DNA of 64,000 nt, from assembly GCA_964016885.1 (NCBI GenBank), contig OZ024743.1, positions 168,578,001 through 168,642,000 on the forward strand, given 5' to 3'. Under the pieces are notes generated by a model. That model did no database searches, was not told the origin of the DNA, and saw nothing but the letters and a program-made list of their open reading frames with translations. How positions within the stretch are numbered: the first letter of the stretch is position 1; each line of letters starts with the position of its first letter. This document shows positions 1 to 12,859 of the stretch, piece after piece. Origin of the DNA: Eledone cirrhosa (lineage: Eukaryota). A program made the translations under genes and the position numbers.

Positions 1-627
1 GTGTAAATGAAGCCCAGAACATATTAGGTCATAGAGTAGATACTTGAATACTTCGTTTACATGCAGTGTATCAAGGCCAGATTTTCCACGTGGAATCGAT
101 ATCTCCACAAGTGGCACTCAAATGTACTTTGGAACTTAACGCGGCAAACTAAAAATCATACATCACTTATGAAAGAGTTTCAGTAGCTTAGAGATTTATT
201 TGTATCCTCTGCAATACTACTTCGCGGCTTTTGGCTGCCTTTGCCAGAGTCCATTCTGTTATAAGCATTCTGGTCCTATCTCCGATCTGAAAATAACTAC
301 CAGCCTTCCTCCCCAAAGTCTCAAATGACCTGAAATAGAGTATGAGGTGGGGTTGCTTTTTCTCCTTTGACTATGCGATAAAATATATTTACAGTTAGAT
401 GGTTAGATGAACTAAGATTCAGTAAAGTATAGACTTTTCTCATGAACATTAGCGGAGTAAAGGAAGAGAACATAGCTTCATTCTTAGAATCAGATCACAT
501 TGAATTAAGCTATATTGTGTAGGTGCTCACTTTTGGTATGTTTTTAGTTTTACTTAGCACTTGTACTCTTAACGTAATTCTCAGGGAGATTCAACATGTC
601 ACAGTCTGTCCTTTTGAATTACATATT

Positions 628-700
628 TGCCGGCTGAGTGAACTGGAGCAACGTGAAATAAATGTCTTATTGAAAGACACAATACGTCGTCGAGACCTAT
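628..700 (-). mobile_element. CORE-like SINE central fragment
   Basis: Reverse complement resembles 16290-16340 and 6320-6365 (gtgtc..caagacatttatttcacgttgctccagttcactcagc). Confidence 0.55.
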
Positions 701-717
701 CCTAACAACTAAACAGA

Positions 718-780
718 ACTACTACTAGTACTACTACTACTACTACTACTACTATTACTGCTGCTGCTGCTGCTGCTGCA
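718..780. repeat. (CTA)n/(CTG)n microsatellite
   Basis: Direct reading. Confidence 0.9.
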
Positions 781-1329
781 GTCGAAGTAGTTTTCATATT
801 TTAAGTTCTAATTGCAGGATGACAATTTACATTAATATACATGATGAACAGTAAAAAATAAAAATAAAAATTATATCCCGCCAAGTTTACTCTGATTGTA
901 ATCGTTATCTTCTGTATCTACGCCTGTTATTCCATTGACCTCTTTTTTTGGTCAGGGTTATCAAGTATCTGTTAGCGGCTAGCCCACACAGCACACCTGC
1001 CAACCTCTAAAAACCCAAACGGGGAGTACCATGAACAAATGTGAGCACAAAGTCATGCTAGAAATAAACTAGGTAGTATGGCTTACAACCTCAAAAACCA
1101 GCGTATACAGCAAGCATTTAGACTTTAACAAGTGATAAAAATTACGATAGTTTCAATAACGTTAATACCTAATCGGAGGGTGGTATTCGTTATAGATTGT
1201 CGGCGATGAGACATACATGTGGTGCTTATCGAACTTGTGATAACATCTCTCGTGTAAACCGCAAAGCTATTTAGGGAGCTTCGCCCCATTGACGCGACAT
1301 AGGGGTAGAACCACTTAAGCTTCGGTGAA

Positions 1330-1995
1330 ATGCCTTGGTCAACTTTAACCTTCATCCTTCCCAGTTCAATAAAATAAAGTACTAGTCAAGTACTGGCTCG
1401 ATTTAATCGACTTTCCCCTATCCCCAAATTGCTTTGTATCTAAATTAGAAACCGTTAGTATCTGTCAAGTACTGGGGTCGATTTAATCTAACCCCCCCCC
1501 CCCCCCCCCCCTCGATAACTGGGTGAGTGCCCAAATTAGAAATGTTGAAGGTAGCGGATTTGTAAAATCAACAGAGCGACACAAAAAAAACAATTTGGAC
1601 CATTTATGGTCTGAGTTCGAATCCCGCCGAGGTCTAATTTGCTTTTCATCCTTCTGGAGTCGATAATATATAGTGCCAGTAGACGGTACGATTTAATCGA
1701 CATTCTCCTCCCCACAAATTTATTGGCTTTGTGTCAAAATTAGGATTTCATCTATACAATTTTAGAGAAATTTGTGAGTTGGGAATTAATAGAATCGACA
1801 AATCATCCTACAAATTTTTTTATGGTATTACGTTACGGCTTTTTTTCTTTACATTCTAAGATCAAATACCGTCTAGCTTTGTCTTCCATGCTTCCGGATC
1901 CAAGATAAATAATATAAGGTATCAGTCTAATACTTGCTCGAAAAACCTTCTACTACATCTTCCTCGCAAAAGTGTGACTTTAGGGATTATTTTTA
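1330..1995 (+). mobile_element. Cluster of 3-4 partial or degenerate tRNA-derived SINE copies
   Basis: Repeated motifs gagttcgaatcccgccgaggt..tttcatcc..gtcgataa..aagtaccagt..gatttaatcgac, with a B-box-like GAGTTCRAATCC. Confidence 0.8.
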
Positions 1996-2252
1996 GTAAA
2001 TTTTAGAACTGCACAAATCATTGAAGTAGGTTTAGTGCATTTATCATTTGATACAAACTGTAAATTTACTTCACAAAATTAAATTTCGAAGTCTAAAAAC
2101 TTACATTTATATCGGCACAAAATTAGATTTAAAACTGTACAGAATAAGATTTAGAACTACACAGCTGGGGTCAACTGCACGTTAAAATAATCAGAGTGGC
2201 TTTTTTTTTACTCTATTAGGAATCATAATTAGTTTGGTTATTTATGATTTGA

Positions 2253-2649
2253 TTGGCAGTCTTATTAGAGCGTCAGACGCCATGCTTTGCAGCATAGAGT
2301 TACGTCCCTTTAACTTATGTGTTCAAAACACACCAAGGTTATCTTTGCCTCTCATCCTTACGAGGTCAATAAAATAAAGTACCAGTGACACACTGTGGTC
2401 GATTTAATCGACTCCCTCCACCACAAAAATTGTGCTTAAATCAAAAACAACTATTTATGATTTGAAAGGCGGTGGATTGGTAGTATTAGTAGAGCGTCGG
2501 GCAACATGCTTTGAGGCATATAGTTACATCCCTTTACGTTCTGTGTTTAAATTCCACCTTTCATCCATACTTGGTCGATAAAATAAAGTACCAGTAACGA
2601 CTTTCCCCTCTCCCAAAATAGTTGGCCTTGTGCCTAAATCAGAAACAAT
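2253..2649 (+). mobile_element. Two tandem SINE copies bounded by three copies of tatttatgatttga
   Basis: SINE bodies 2253-2451 and 2466-2649; the 14-mer lies at 2239, 2452 and 2650. Confidence 0.85.
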
Positions 2650-3104
2650 TATTTATGATTTGAGACAGGCTTCAAGAGTTTCTTTTCTTACATCACTATT
2701 AAGTACATGCACCATAAAAACGATGCAGTCTATCGTTGTTGTTGTTCAATGTAAGGAAAACTTGATTGATAGATAGTTAGGCGTGTCAGTAATGACGCAT
2801 GAAGACAACAAAGGTCCCTGTTAAGATGTATCGCATCAATGACACTAAAAGAATAACAGCAACAACAGCAAGTCGCATATCTAATTAATTATATGTCACT
2901 TATAATACCAAAGAAATACATGTATTCATATTATATATGTGCGTACGTCTTTCTACCTTTGTTATAAATAGTATTATGTGTGTGCATACATACACATATA
3001 TATACATACATGCATGCATGTAATATCTTTGTCAATCTTTTTTCTACTTTTTCATGTGTATGTACATGTATACATTATTAGCATATATACATTATAGTTT
3101 CTAA

Positions 3105-3270
3105 TTTAGGCACAATTACAGCAATTTAAGACAAGGGGAGGGGAATCGATTAAATCAACTCCAGTATTTGACTCTATTTTAGGAACTCTAGGAAAATGAA
3201 AGGCAAAGTTACCCTGGCGGGATTTGAACTCAGATTTTGTCCAACATACTAACGATTCTGCTAATTCACA
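3105..3270 (-). mobile_element. SINE copy
   Basis: Reverse complement of the SINE consensus (gatttgaactcag, gaaaggcaaagtt). Confidence 0.8.
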
Positions 3271-3280
3271 TGCAGTGTCT

Positions 3281-3760
3281 TTTATTAGAAATATGGTAAT
3301 GAAAGGGTTAATGACATAGACAGTAACTTTCATTAGAAATATGGCAATGAAAGAGTTTATATATTTGGCACAAGGCCAGCAATTATCCCAGTGTATTACT
3401 GGTACTTTATTTTATCGACCCCGTAAGGATGAAAGGCAAAGTTAACCTCGGCGGGATTTGAACTCAGAATGGCAGGGGCCGTAATTATATATGGCAATGA
3501 AAGAGTTAATGACAGGCAATAAGTTTCATTAGAAATTTGGCAGCGTCTTTCATTATAAATATGGTAATTAAAGAGTCAATTACAGAGGCGGTGTATTTTT
3601 CTTACAAATATGGCAATGAAAGAGTTAATGACACAGGTAGTATATTTCATTAGAAATATGGTGATGAAAGGGTTAATGACATAGGCAATGTCTTACATTA
3701 GGAATATGGAAATGAAAGGGTTAATTACGTGGGCTGTGTCATTCATTGGAATGAAACGTT
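3281..3760. repeat. ~47-bp minisatellite (tttcattagaaatatggcaatgaaagggttaatgacataggcagt), interrupted by a SINE at ~3365-3485 (-)
   Basis: About 8 diverged units; each has an internal inverted repeat tttcatt...aatgaaa. Confidence 0.85.
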
Positions 3761-4309
3761 AAACTTATCTCCGATCCATTATCGAAACCTTAATATACTG
3801 CAACAATCTATGTCACTATACAAATTCTACTTCCTCAATATAACCACTTTTAAATACTCCTCTGTGACAAAGCCATAGTATTTTGTTAACCTGCTCAAAC
3901 CATTCATAAGGGATAAGTCCCGCTCACATGAAAGGACGGCAGAAACCCTGAAATCTCATTTCGAAATGACTGCTTCTGCTGTCTTGTTGGTGGGGTGATG
4001 ATTGGGGTGGAGTGATGGTGGTGGGGGTGATGGTGTTGGTGGTGATGAGGTGGGAATGTGTGTGTGTGGGCTGGTGTGGTTGTTCTTAGTTATTGTTGTA
4101 GAAGTGAAGGTGCATTGCATTGCAATATATATTGGCTCACAATTGGCATGTTCGATTCCCGGCAGCGAGATGTATCCTCGAGAAAAATATTTCATTTCAT
4201 GTTTACACGTTGTCCCAGTCCTCTCAGTTGGCAAAAAGGAGCTGTACTTTTAATTCAAAGGACCAGCCTTGTCACACAGAGTGTCATGCTGAATTTTCTT
4301 GGATAAGCT

Positions 4310-4612
4310 GAAGAAGAAGCTGGTTTTAAGAAGAATCAGAAGCAATGTGTTGTAGAGAAGACTGCGTTAGTGCAGACACGTGATACGCATGGATGATGAT
4401 CGCTGGGTAAAGAAGTGCTAGGAAATACCAGTGGAAGGAAGCCGCAATAGAGGTAGACTGAGAATAACATGGGCAGAGGTGGAGAGAGCTGATCGTAAGT
4501 CGCTGAGACTCACAGAAGGGATGACGAAGGAACGCAATGAGTGGAGAGATGCTATACTCGAAAGCAGCTACCCAACGCATGCAAGCATGTAAACGCGAAC
4601 GTAAAACCGAAT
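4310..4612 (+). pseudogene. Decayed 3' end of an RTE-type LINE
   Basis: Translates to RRLR.C.HVIRMDDDRWVKKC...EG..RGR....WAEV, the typical RTE C-terminus. Confidence 0.65.
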
Positions 4613-4629
4613 ATTATGAATGATGATCA

Positions 4630-4821
4630 AAAACGGCGGTGGATTGGCAGTATCGGTAGAGAGTCGGACGCCATGCTTTGCAGCAAAGAGTTACGGCCCT
4701 TTATGATCTGAGTTCAAATCCCGCTAGGGTTAACTTTGCCTTTCATCATTACGGGGTCGATAAAATAAAGTACCAGTAATGCACTGGTATAATTGCTAGC
4801 CGTGTGCCAAAAGTAGAAATA
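4630..4821 (+). mobile_element. Full-length tRNA-derived SINE with 17-bp TSD
   Basis: A-box-like tggcagtatcgg and B-box gagttcaaatcc; TSD attatgaatgatgatca at 4613-4629 and 4822-4838. Confidence 0.9.
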
Positions 4822-4968
4822 ATTATGAATGATGATCATGATTTCTTAAAATTTGTAATGCCATAAATGTTAGGATCACTAATCACTATAAATATTCAGA
4901 AAATATATAAAAATTTGAATGAAATGTCATTATATTCTTAAACCCGTGCAAAGCCAGGTACATCTGCT

Positions 4969-4969
4969 A

Positions 4970-5022
<53 letters not shown>

Positions 5023-5034
5023 GGTGTGTGTGCA

Positions 5035-5074
<40 letters not shown>

Positions 5075-5235
5075 TGTATGTGGATGTATGTGTGTATGTA
5101 TGTATGTATGTATGCATGTATACATAAATATAAATATATATATATATATATATTTATATTTATGTATACATGCATACATACATACACACATACATACACA
5201 TACATACATACATACATACACACACACACGCACAC
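4969..5235. repeat. (TA)n/(TG)n/(TATG)n microsatellite block
   Basis: Direct reading. Confidence 0.95.
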
Positions 5236-6317
5236 TTCTCTTTACCTAGTGTAGTATGTATTGCACTTGAACTCTTCCAATCCGATCTCACTTGGTCAAA
5301 ACATGAAACTTAGGTGGAGGTTTATAGCGGAAAACAAGTTGAAATATGTTGTTATAAAAATAGGCCAAGACCTGCTTTAGTGTCCCGGAAAGGCAGGAAG
5401 GAAATTAGGAGCAGTGTAAGAGGAGGAAGGGGGTACCAAATGGGACAAAAGGAGCAACAGGGAGCCAAAGTCCGTGTTAATGATTTCTAGCTTCTGTTGT
5501 TGTGCTGGTTTGTTTTTTCCCGCTTGTTTCGATGTCTTCTTATTCATTCATTATCTTCTAACCTTGTATGTATATGTTTTTTTTTTAGAGTTTGTCTTAC
5601 ATTTGTTGTTTTATTTTAATGATAAACGACCTCTACTATTTTTGTCTTCACCTTCCCCCCATTACCACTAACACCAACAACACTACCACCACCGCCATCA
5701 CCACCACCAACACCGCCATCAAACACCACCACCAAACACTACTACCATCTTCTTCCTCCCATTGTATCCTGTCTCAGTCGCTAAGCCGGTCAAGTATATT
5801 ACCTGGCTACATTGCAAAGACATCGTATCTCCGTCGTGTGTTTGTTCTAAATTAATTGTATGAAAACACAACCTTCCGTAACACAGCTTCCAATCATCAT
5901 ACTTTATTTAATTTTGTTTATATTTCCTGAGTGTGGGTGGGTGGGTAAGTGGAGGTATTGGAGTTATGTTGGATGTAACAAAGCATTGCCCTCTTCTTTG
6001 CTGATGCGGATGTTGTTTCTGTAGTTAACCCCACCACCAACAACAATTCACCAGCAACATTAACACCATCGCCAACATCAACGCCGACACCAACAGAAAC
6101 AACAACACGAATACGAACAACATCACCAACACCAACTGTACCACGAGCATCAACACCAACACCAACACTATCACCAACAATAGCACCATCAACAACACCA
6201 ATAGTTCTTGCTGTCGGTGTTGCTTTGTTGTGAACAGTTTAATAACATAAAAAACAGAAAGTAACAGATTGTGACATTTGTGTGTTTTCTCAAAACATTA
6301 TTTGGCAGTAAAATTGA

Positions 6318-6490
6318 AGTGTGTTGTGTTCTTCATTTCACATTGCTCCGGTATACTCAGCTGACAATGAGTATCAGCAATAGCTGATGGTTTAACCGTG
6401 TGATGGACTGGCATCCTGTCGTTTCACATCACGGAAACCGGGATAAGCACTCGCCTGACGAGCCTCCGGGCTCGAGAAGACAGACTTTAG
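6318..6490 (+). mobile_element. CORE-like SINE fragment with 3' tail
   Basis: catttcacattgctcc..actcagctg..tgatggactggcatcctgtc..ggaaaccggg..ggctcgagaag. Confidence 0.6.
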
Positions 6491-7381
6491 ACATTTTTAT
6501 TGAAGTCGGAAATCAACGAATGCTGAAGTTAGGAAAGAATATTTGTTTCGTTTATCTGGATATAAAACATTCCTATATTTTAAGAGAGAGGTCAAATGGA
6601 ATACTGGTATTCATATTGTTCCATAGAACATCTCCCTCAACAAACTAGATGAAAAAGGATTTCGTTTGATTATGGCATATGTGTAACTTCAAACAGGTGT
6701 TCAAAACCGTTTAATGGTGTCAACCTGGTGGCTGCTTCTCTCCTGTTCGGTGAAATATTGAAGAAAGAAAAAGTTGAAATACTGCAACCTAGTGCAAAGT
6801 ATTACAGAAGAGAAGTATGATATAGAGTAGAAGTGTTGAAATGATGTACTATAGCGGTTTCATGATTGTCGTTTTTCAAGAGGAATGTAATGAATTATTC
6901 GAAAAACTGAAAGAATAACACCTTTACATATCAACAATAACACAGTGATTCATTCCCTCAGATTAAAATAAACTTTTGATTTTTTTTCTACCTATTTGTT
7001 GTTGGCAAATATAATTCTATATTATATATATATTGCAAATATAGTTCCTGTCAATAGAAATTTGAATATACAAACCTGAATGAGCTGAAGAACCACTTTT
7101 GAGAGTAATGCAGCTTTCAGACAATGCTTGTTACAATGCCTTTCAAATTAAACTTCGAACTATTTCCAACTTCTCTGAACCATTCCGAGGAAACACGATA
7201 GAAACAACACTGTTGTGCTAAGAGTATCAGCATCTTCTTGAACTCTAACCGTTAATTTTTCAAAGTACCCATTTGTCTATAATGTCTTTTAGCGATGTCA
7301 GGATACATATCGAATCTTGGAGACGTTAACCCATATCTGAATCAGAAAATGAGAGAAGGGGAGAGATAGATAGATAGATAA

Positions 7382-7437
<56 letters not shown>

Positions 7438-7439
7438 CC

Positions 7440-7590
7440 CTAGTACTATACTCGTTACTGTTTCTTTGTTGACCCCGAAAGGATGGAGGGCAAATGACGG
7501 CGTGATTTAAACTCAGAGCGCAGAGAGCCGAAATAAATAACGCATACCATTCTATTCGAGGTAATAACGACGCTACCAATTCATTGCCTA
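7440..7590 (-). mobile_element. Degenerate SINE next to a (GA)n tract (7383-7435)
   Basis: gaccccgaaaggatg..gatttaaactcag. Confidence 0.6.
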
Positions 7591-7826
7591 CACATGGTGA
7601 TATCAGATGACAAATAAAAAAGAAAGGGAAATGAAAGGTCGGCCATAAGAATGAAACATAAATGCATACATTTTAAATTTCTGGAAGTACGGCATCACAA
7701 CCGCCACCATCATCCACACCTTTCATTATGAAAGATGTTGATTTGCAGGTTGAAATATTTTTGAAGATTAAGATCTAAGCGTACCTGATAAACACACGCG
7801 CTGGTAATACACGCACACACAAACAT

Positions 7827-7882
<56 letters not shown>

Positions 7883-7889
<7 letters not shown>

Positions 7890-8154
7890 TAAACGGAAAA
7901 GAAAATGCTGACAAATTGTTCCCAGTGAAAAATAGTTTAATGAGGTATAAGTAAAAATTAGTAATGGTATGACAGATTAGAGCAAACATCACGGGCGCCC
8001 TATCTCAAAATTATTTTTGAAAATGCGCAACCGGTAAAACTTAAAACCAAAACTGAATACTAACCAATACTATTACTTATTTTTACTTATTCCTAATTAA
8101 ACTATTTTTCACTGGGACAGTTTGTCAGCATTTTCTTTTCCGTTTACCAATATA
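7883..8154. mobile_element. MITE-like element with ~85-bp terminal inverted repeats at a TA site
   Basis: tattggtaaacggaaaagaaaatgctgacaaa... versus ...tttgtcagcattttcttttccgtttaccaata; symmetric ends. Confidence 0.75.
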
Positions 8155-8185
8155 TCATAACTCGTGGGTTACACCTCCATTCTTT

Positions 8186-8259
<74 letters not shown>

Positions 8260-8338
8260 TATATATATATAAATATATATATATATAAATATATATATAT
8301 ATTTAAATATATATACATATATAAATATATATATATAT

Positions 8339-8409
<71 letters not shown>

Positions 8410-8445
8410 AATATGGTCCACCTGGTTCCTTACCACATTTCCGTC

Positions 8446-8480
<35 letters not shown>

Positions 8481-8482
<2 letters not shown>

Positions 8483-8652
8483 CGAAGGAAATGTGGTAAG
8501 GAACCAGGTGGACCATAACGCACCAAAGTACTCAATACTTGAGGTAGTAGAGTGGGTAATAGGAACCAGTAAGACCCCGACAGCTGAGCTCAAGCCGTTT
8601 CGACGGCTAATCGAAACGGCTTGAGCTCAGCTGTCGGGGTCTTACTGGTTCC

Positions 8653-8655
<3 letters not shown>
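8481..8655 (-). mobile_element. Family A: putative PLE 3'-end fold-back (other copies 8413-8447, 9132-9295, 10379-10577, 32809-33001)
   Basis: Perfect 45-bp arms at 8559-8603 and 8611-8655; contains an HHR 3' half, GAAA-cggct..agccg-TC; flanked by (TA)n. Confidence 0.7.
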
Positions 8656-8683
<28 letters not shown>

Positions 8684-8712
8684 TTATATATATATATATG
8701 TTTATATATATT

Positions 8713-8745
<33 letters not shown>

Positions 8746-8772
8746 TTATATATATATATATTTATATATATT

Positions 8773-8823
<51 letters not shown>

Positions 8824-8844
8824 TTATATATATATATATATTTT

Positions 8845-8881
<37 letters not shown>

Positions 8882-8902
8882 ATTTATATATATATATATT
8901 TT

Positions 8903-8936
<34 letters not shown>

Positions 8937-8938
8937 TT

Positions 8939-9134
<196 letters not shown>

Positions 9135-9293
9135 AACAAGTAAGACCCCGACGGCTGAGCTCAAGCCGTTTCGACGGCTAATTCTGGACTGAATGAAAAT
9201 TTATTCTATTATCCTATTACCCACTCTACTACCCTAAGTATTGAGTACTTTGGTGCGTTATGGTCCACCTGGTTCCTTACCACATTTCCTTCG

Positions 9294-9348
<55 letters not shown>

Positions 9349-9377
9349 AATATATATATATTTATATATATATAAAT

Positions 9378-9442
<65 letters not shown>

Positions 9443-9509
9443 AATATATAAATATATATATATATGAATATATATATATATATATAAATATATATATATA
9501 TAAATATAC

Positions 9510-9582
<73 letters not shown>

Positions 9583-9604
9583 TATATAAATATATATATA
9601 TAAA

Positions 9605-10075
9605 TATAAAATAAAGTTAAATAAAAGTCAAATGATTAAAATTTAGCTTCGTTTATTACTGCTATATATATTTCAGTGACAGCCATCTTTGGCTGTGACC
9701 TCTTCAGGTAGTTTGAATTAGTATGGTATAGACAAGTACATATGTTGTTTAGGTGTATAATATTGTCAATACTCTAATATGCCCAGTTCCCTGTTGGGTT
9801 GTTAATTCACTGAGGAACTGGAGTCATACACCTAAACAACATATGTACTTGTCTATACCATACTAATTCAAACTGCCTGAAGAGGTCACAGCCAAAGATG
9901 GCTGTCACTGAAATATATATAGCTGTAATAAACGAAGCTAAATTTTAATCATTTGACTTTTATTTAACTTTATTTTACACTACTCCGGAGTAACCAAACC
10001 AACCTGCGCACTTCGTCGAGTGCTCCAACCTGCATACTGAGGTATTGGTATACAGCCAACATAAACTCAAAATCT
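9605..10075 (+). mobile_element. Family B: PLE pLTR fold-back with an HHR on both arms
   Basis: Arms ~9608-9760 and 9826-9976; the right arm has a ~100-bp extra tail; second copy at 19143-19640. Confidence 0.8.
9872..9926 (+). ncRNA. Type I hammerhead ribozyme, family B (mirror copy 9658-9712, -)
   Basis: actgc CTGAAGA ggtcacagcc-aaagat-ggctgtcact GAAA tatata TA gctgt. Confidence 0.8.
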
Positions 10076-10099
10076 ATATATAAATATATATATATATAA

Positions 10100-10205
<106 letters not shown>

Positions 10206-10274
10206 TGCATACTGAGGTATTGGTATACAGCCAACATAAACTCAAAATCTATATATAAATATATATATATATAA

Positions 10275-10380
<106 letters not shown>

Positions 10381-10683
10381 CGAAGGAAGTGTGGTAAGGA
10401 ACCAAGTGGACCATAACACACCAGAGAGCTCGATACTTTGGGTAGTAGAGTGGGTAATAGGAAAAGAGTCAGAACCCCGACGGCTGAGCTCAAGCCGTTT
10501 CGACAGCTATTTCTGGACGCAGAAATAGCTGTCGAAATGGCTTGAGCTTTGTCGTCGGGGTTCTGACTCTTTTCCTGTAGATATATGTATGTATATATAA
10601 TATTAGAAATGGCAACTTTCGCCGTATTTTTGACAAAAGAAATATCGCTCGCTGTTTCAAAACATACTTACTAATAAACACCA

Positions 10684-10756
<73 letters not shown>

Positions 10757-10761
<5 letters not shown>

Positions 10762-12853
10762 ATACTTTGGGATTGTCATGTTGGCAATAGAAACACATGC
10801 ACCTGTTGGTTTTCACTTCAATTTATTATAAATTTCAGGTTGGTTGGTTGTTCGATAACCGGAAGGTTGTTAATATATTGTCAAAGTTCTTGTGTCACAA
10901 ATTCTGTGATCTCCTCAGTGACGAGGTTTTTATTTTGTGTCTCTCCTTTGTTCTGTCCTACACCATCTTGTTTTGTGTGTTGTGGGCTTAGTTTGCGCGT
11001 GCTTACATCCGCGAGTGTGCGTTTGCGTTTATTTTTTTATTTATGTGCTTATTTACTTGTCAATACTTGGTCGTTTGTTCTATCTGTGTGTGTCTGATGT
11101 GTTTTGTTTGTTTGGTTTTTGTGTGTGTATATCTTCATTTTGTCCTCAATTATGTGATGTTGCTATTCTACTCATGTTTTTTCTGTTTAATTTTGGTTGG
11201 TGTTCGTTTATGTTTGTCACCTCCGTGTTTTGTCTGAGCATTTCAACTTTTCTGTGTGTGGATATAATTTTGTTCTCTAATGCCCCTATGTTCTATTTTG
11301 GCAAGCTGGTGGAGTACTGATGAGTTTTTGCCATCCTGGAATTCTCGCCAGTGTTCACTTATTTTTTCTCCTATGCTACGGACTGTTTCACCTACGTATG
11401 TTATTCCTACACTGTTATTCCTACACTTCTTATTCCTACACTGTCCCTCAGTACATTTTATACTATGTACTACATTCCTAGTTTTGCAGTTAGTTTGCAG
11501 ACTATGCATTTCCTATCAGCACAAGGGGATCTTTGAAATGGGCATATTTTACTAATTTGTGGTTTTTATAGGAATATCTGGTCTTTCAACTATCTTAATA
11601 TTGAATTTGGGCTTGTCTAGGGCCCTTCTAAATCTGTAAGAAAGATCGCCTCTAGGGGTTGTATTGATGAACATTAGACTCAGGTATATATTACTATCAT
11701 ACCATGACTTTATTTTATTTGCCTTATTCGTAATACTTTCTATTCTGTTCCAAAATGTGCACATATACATAGGGCAAGTCCCATTTGCATTATTTTCTAT
11801 AATCTTTGCCCATTTGGTTCTGGATCCTTTATATACCCTGATCTTGTCTCTCTGATTGTATCCAGAGAAATGCATGCGGTGGATGAAGTGTGGTATGTGT
11901 CTCTCTAATTCTTGGGGTTGCGCATGCGGACACTTCCTCAATCAATGTGTTGATTTTTATGTTTCGGTGGATCAGGTTTTTAATGGTCATGAGTTTTGCA
12001 TAATTCGAATGGAGTATTTGCGTTCTATTGCTAATAGTTTCCAACCAGTGTTCTGTGTCTAGTACGGGGAATCTATGCCTGGGGGTGGTTATTGGGGTAG
12101 TCTATAGTAACTTTAATACTCTGGTGGATGGAGTTAGTTATTTGCTGGATGCTTTCCATGGTGTTCTTCTCTAATTCCTGACTGTTCTCCTGTGGGGGTG
12201 CTTTTACTGCGATATTTATGTCATCTACGTAGTGGGAGTACATAGTCAGGGTTATAAAATGTCGTCCAATTGTTTCTTACGTCTTCTGTCCCATCATACC
12301 ATAAAGAGGTTAGCTATGTCACTCGCAATACTAACGCCAATGGCTGCTCCCTCCTCTTGGGTATATGTTTTGTCATTAACCTTGAACATATGTTCCTTAG
12401 GGTTTGTTTGATACTGGCCCCCACTGCATGTGCGATCATTTCTGGGATCCGTAAGGTTCTGGTCCACCAGCTCCAACTTTCTGTGTGGGTCCTTTTGGCC
12501 ATTAAGGTAATGGTCGGTAGTCTACCTCTTTCTGGCCGTGTGGGGCAGAGGCTGCTGAGCTTATGTGTGTCTAAGTATTCCTTATTGTATGTGAGTTTAA
12601 GTAAGAGGCCCAGCTCTACTGGTATCGATCCAACGGAATTCCACATCCTCTTGCTGATCATTTCTATGCATTTTTCCACAACAACATCAACGTCGATGGA
12701 TGGGTATAGGGATACTACATCCATGCTACCTATTGTACAGCCTAACGGTCAGTAGACAGGCTGCATTCGTTGATTCTGCTGAGGAGGTCCTCCGTGCTGT
12801 CACATATAATCCGTGGTATTGATACCAGTGAGATGGGTCTCCTACTTAAACTC
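10757..12853 (-). mobile_element. Family C PLE: decayed RT + GIY-YIG, 5'-truncated, with a short inverted segment at 12808-12853
   Basis: MDVVSLYPSID, EGAAIGVSIA and TYVGETVRS motifs; aligns with 29586-32750. Confidence 0.9.
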
Positions 12854-12859
12854 AGGTCT

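Noticed and set aside
3281-3760. CRISPR-like array of palindromic repeats
   Set aside because: No unique spacers, eukaryotic context and no cas genes
4634-4725. tRNA gene
   Set aside because: The A/B boxes belong to a multi-copy SINE head with a TSD; no cloverleaf
5660-6205. Thr/His-rich ORFs
   Set aside because: Low-complexity (CAC/CAA)n repeats
6490-6920. Possible host exon or pseudogene
   Set aside because: Multiple stops, no recognisable motif and no supportable splice structure
7883-8154. Member of the PLE fold-back class
   Set aside because: Symmetric ends, no tail and no HHR core; it fits a TIR MITE better
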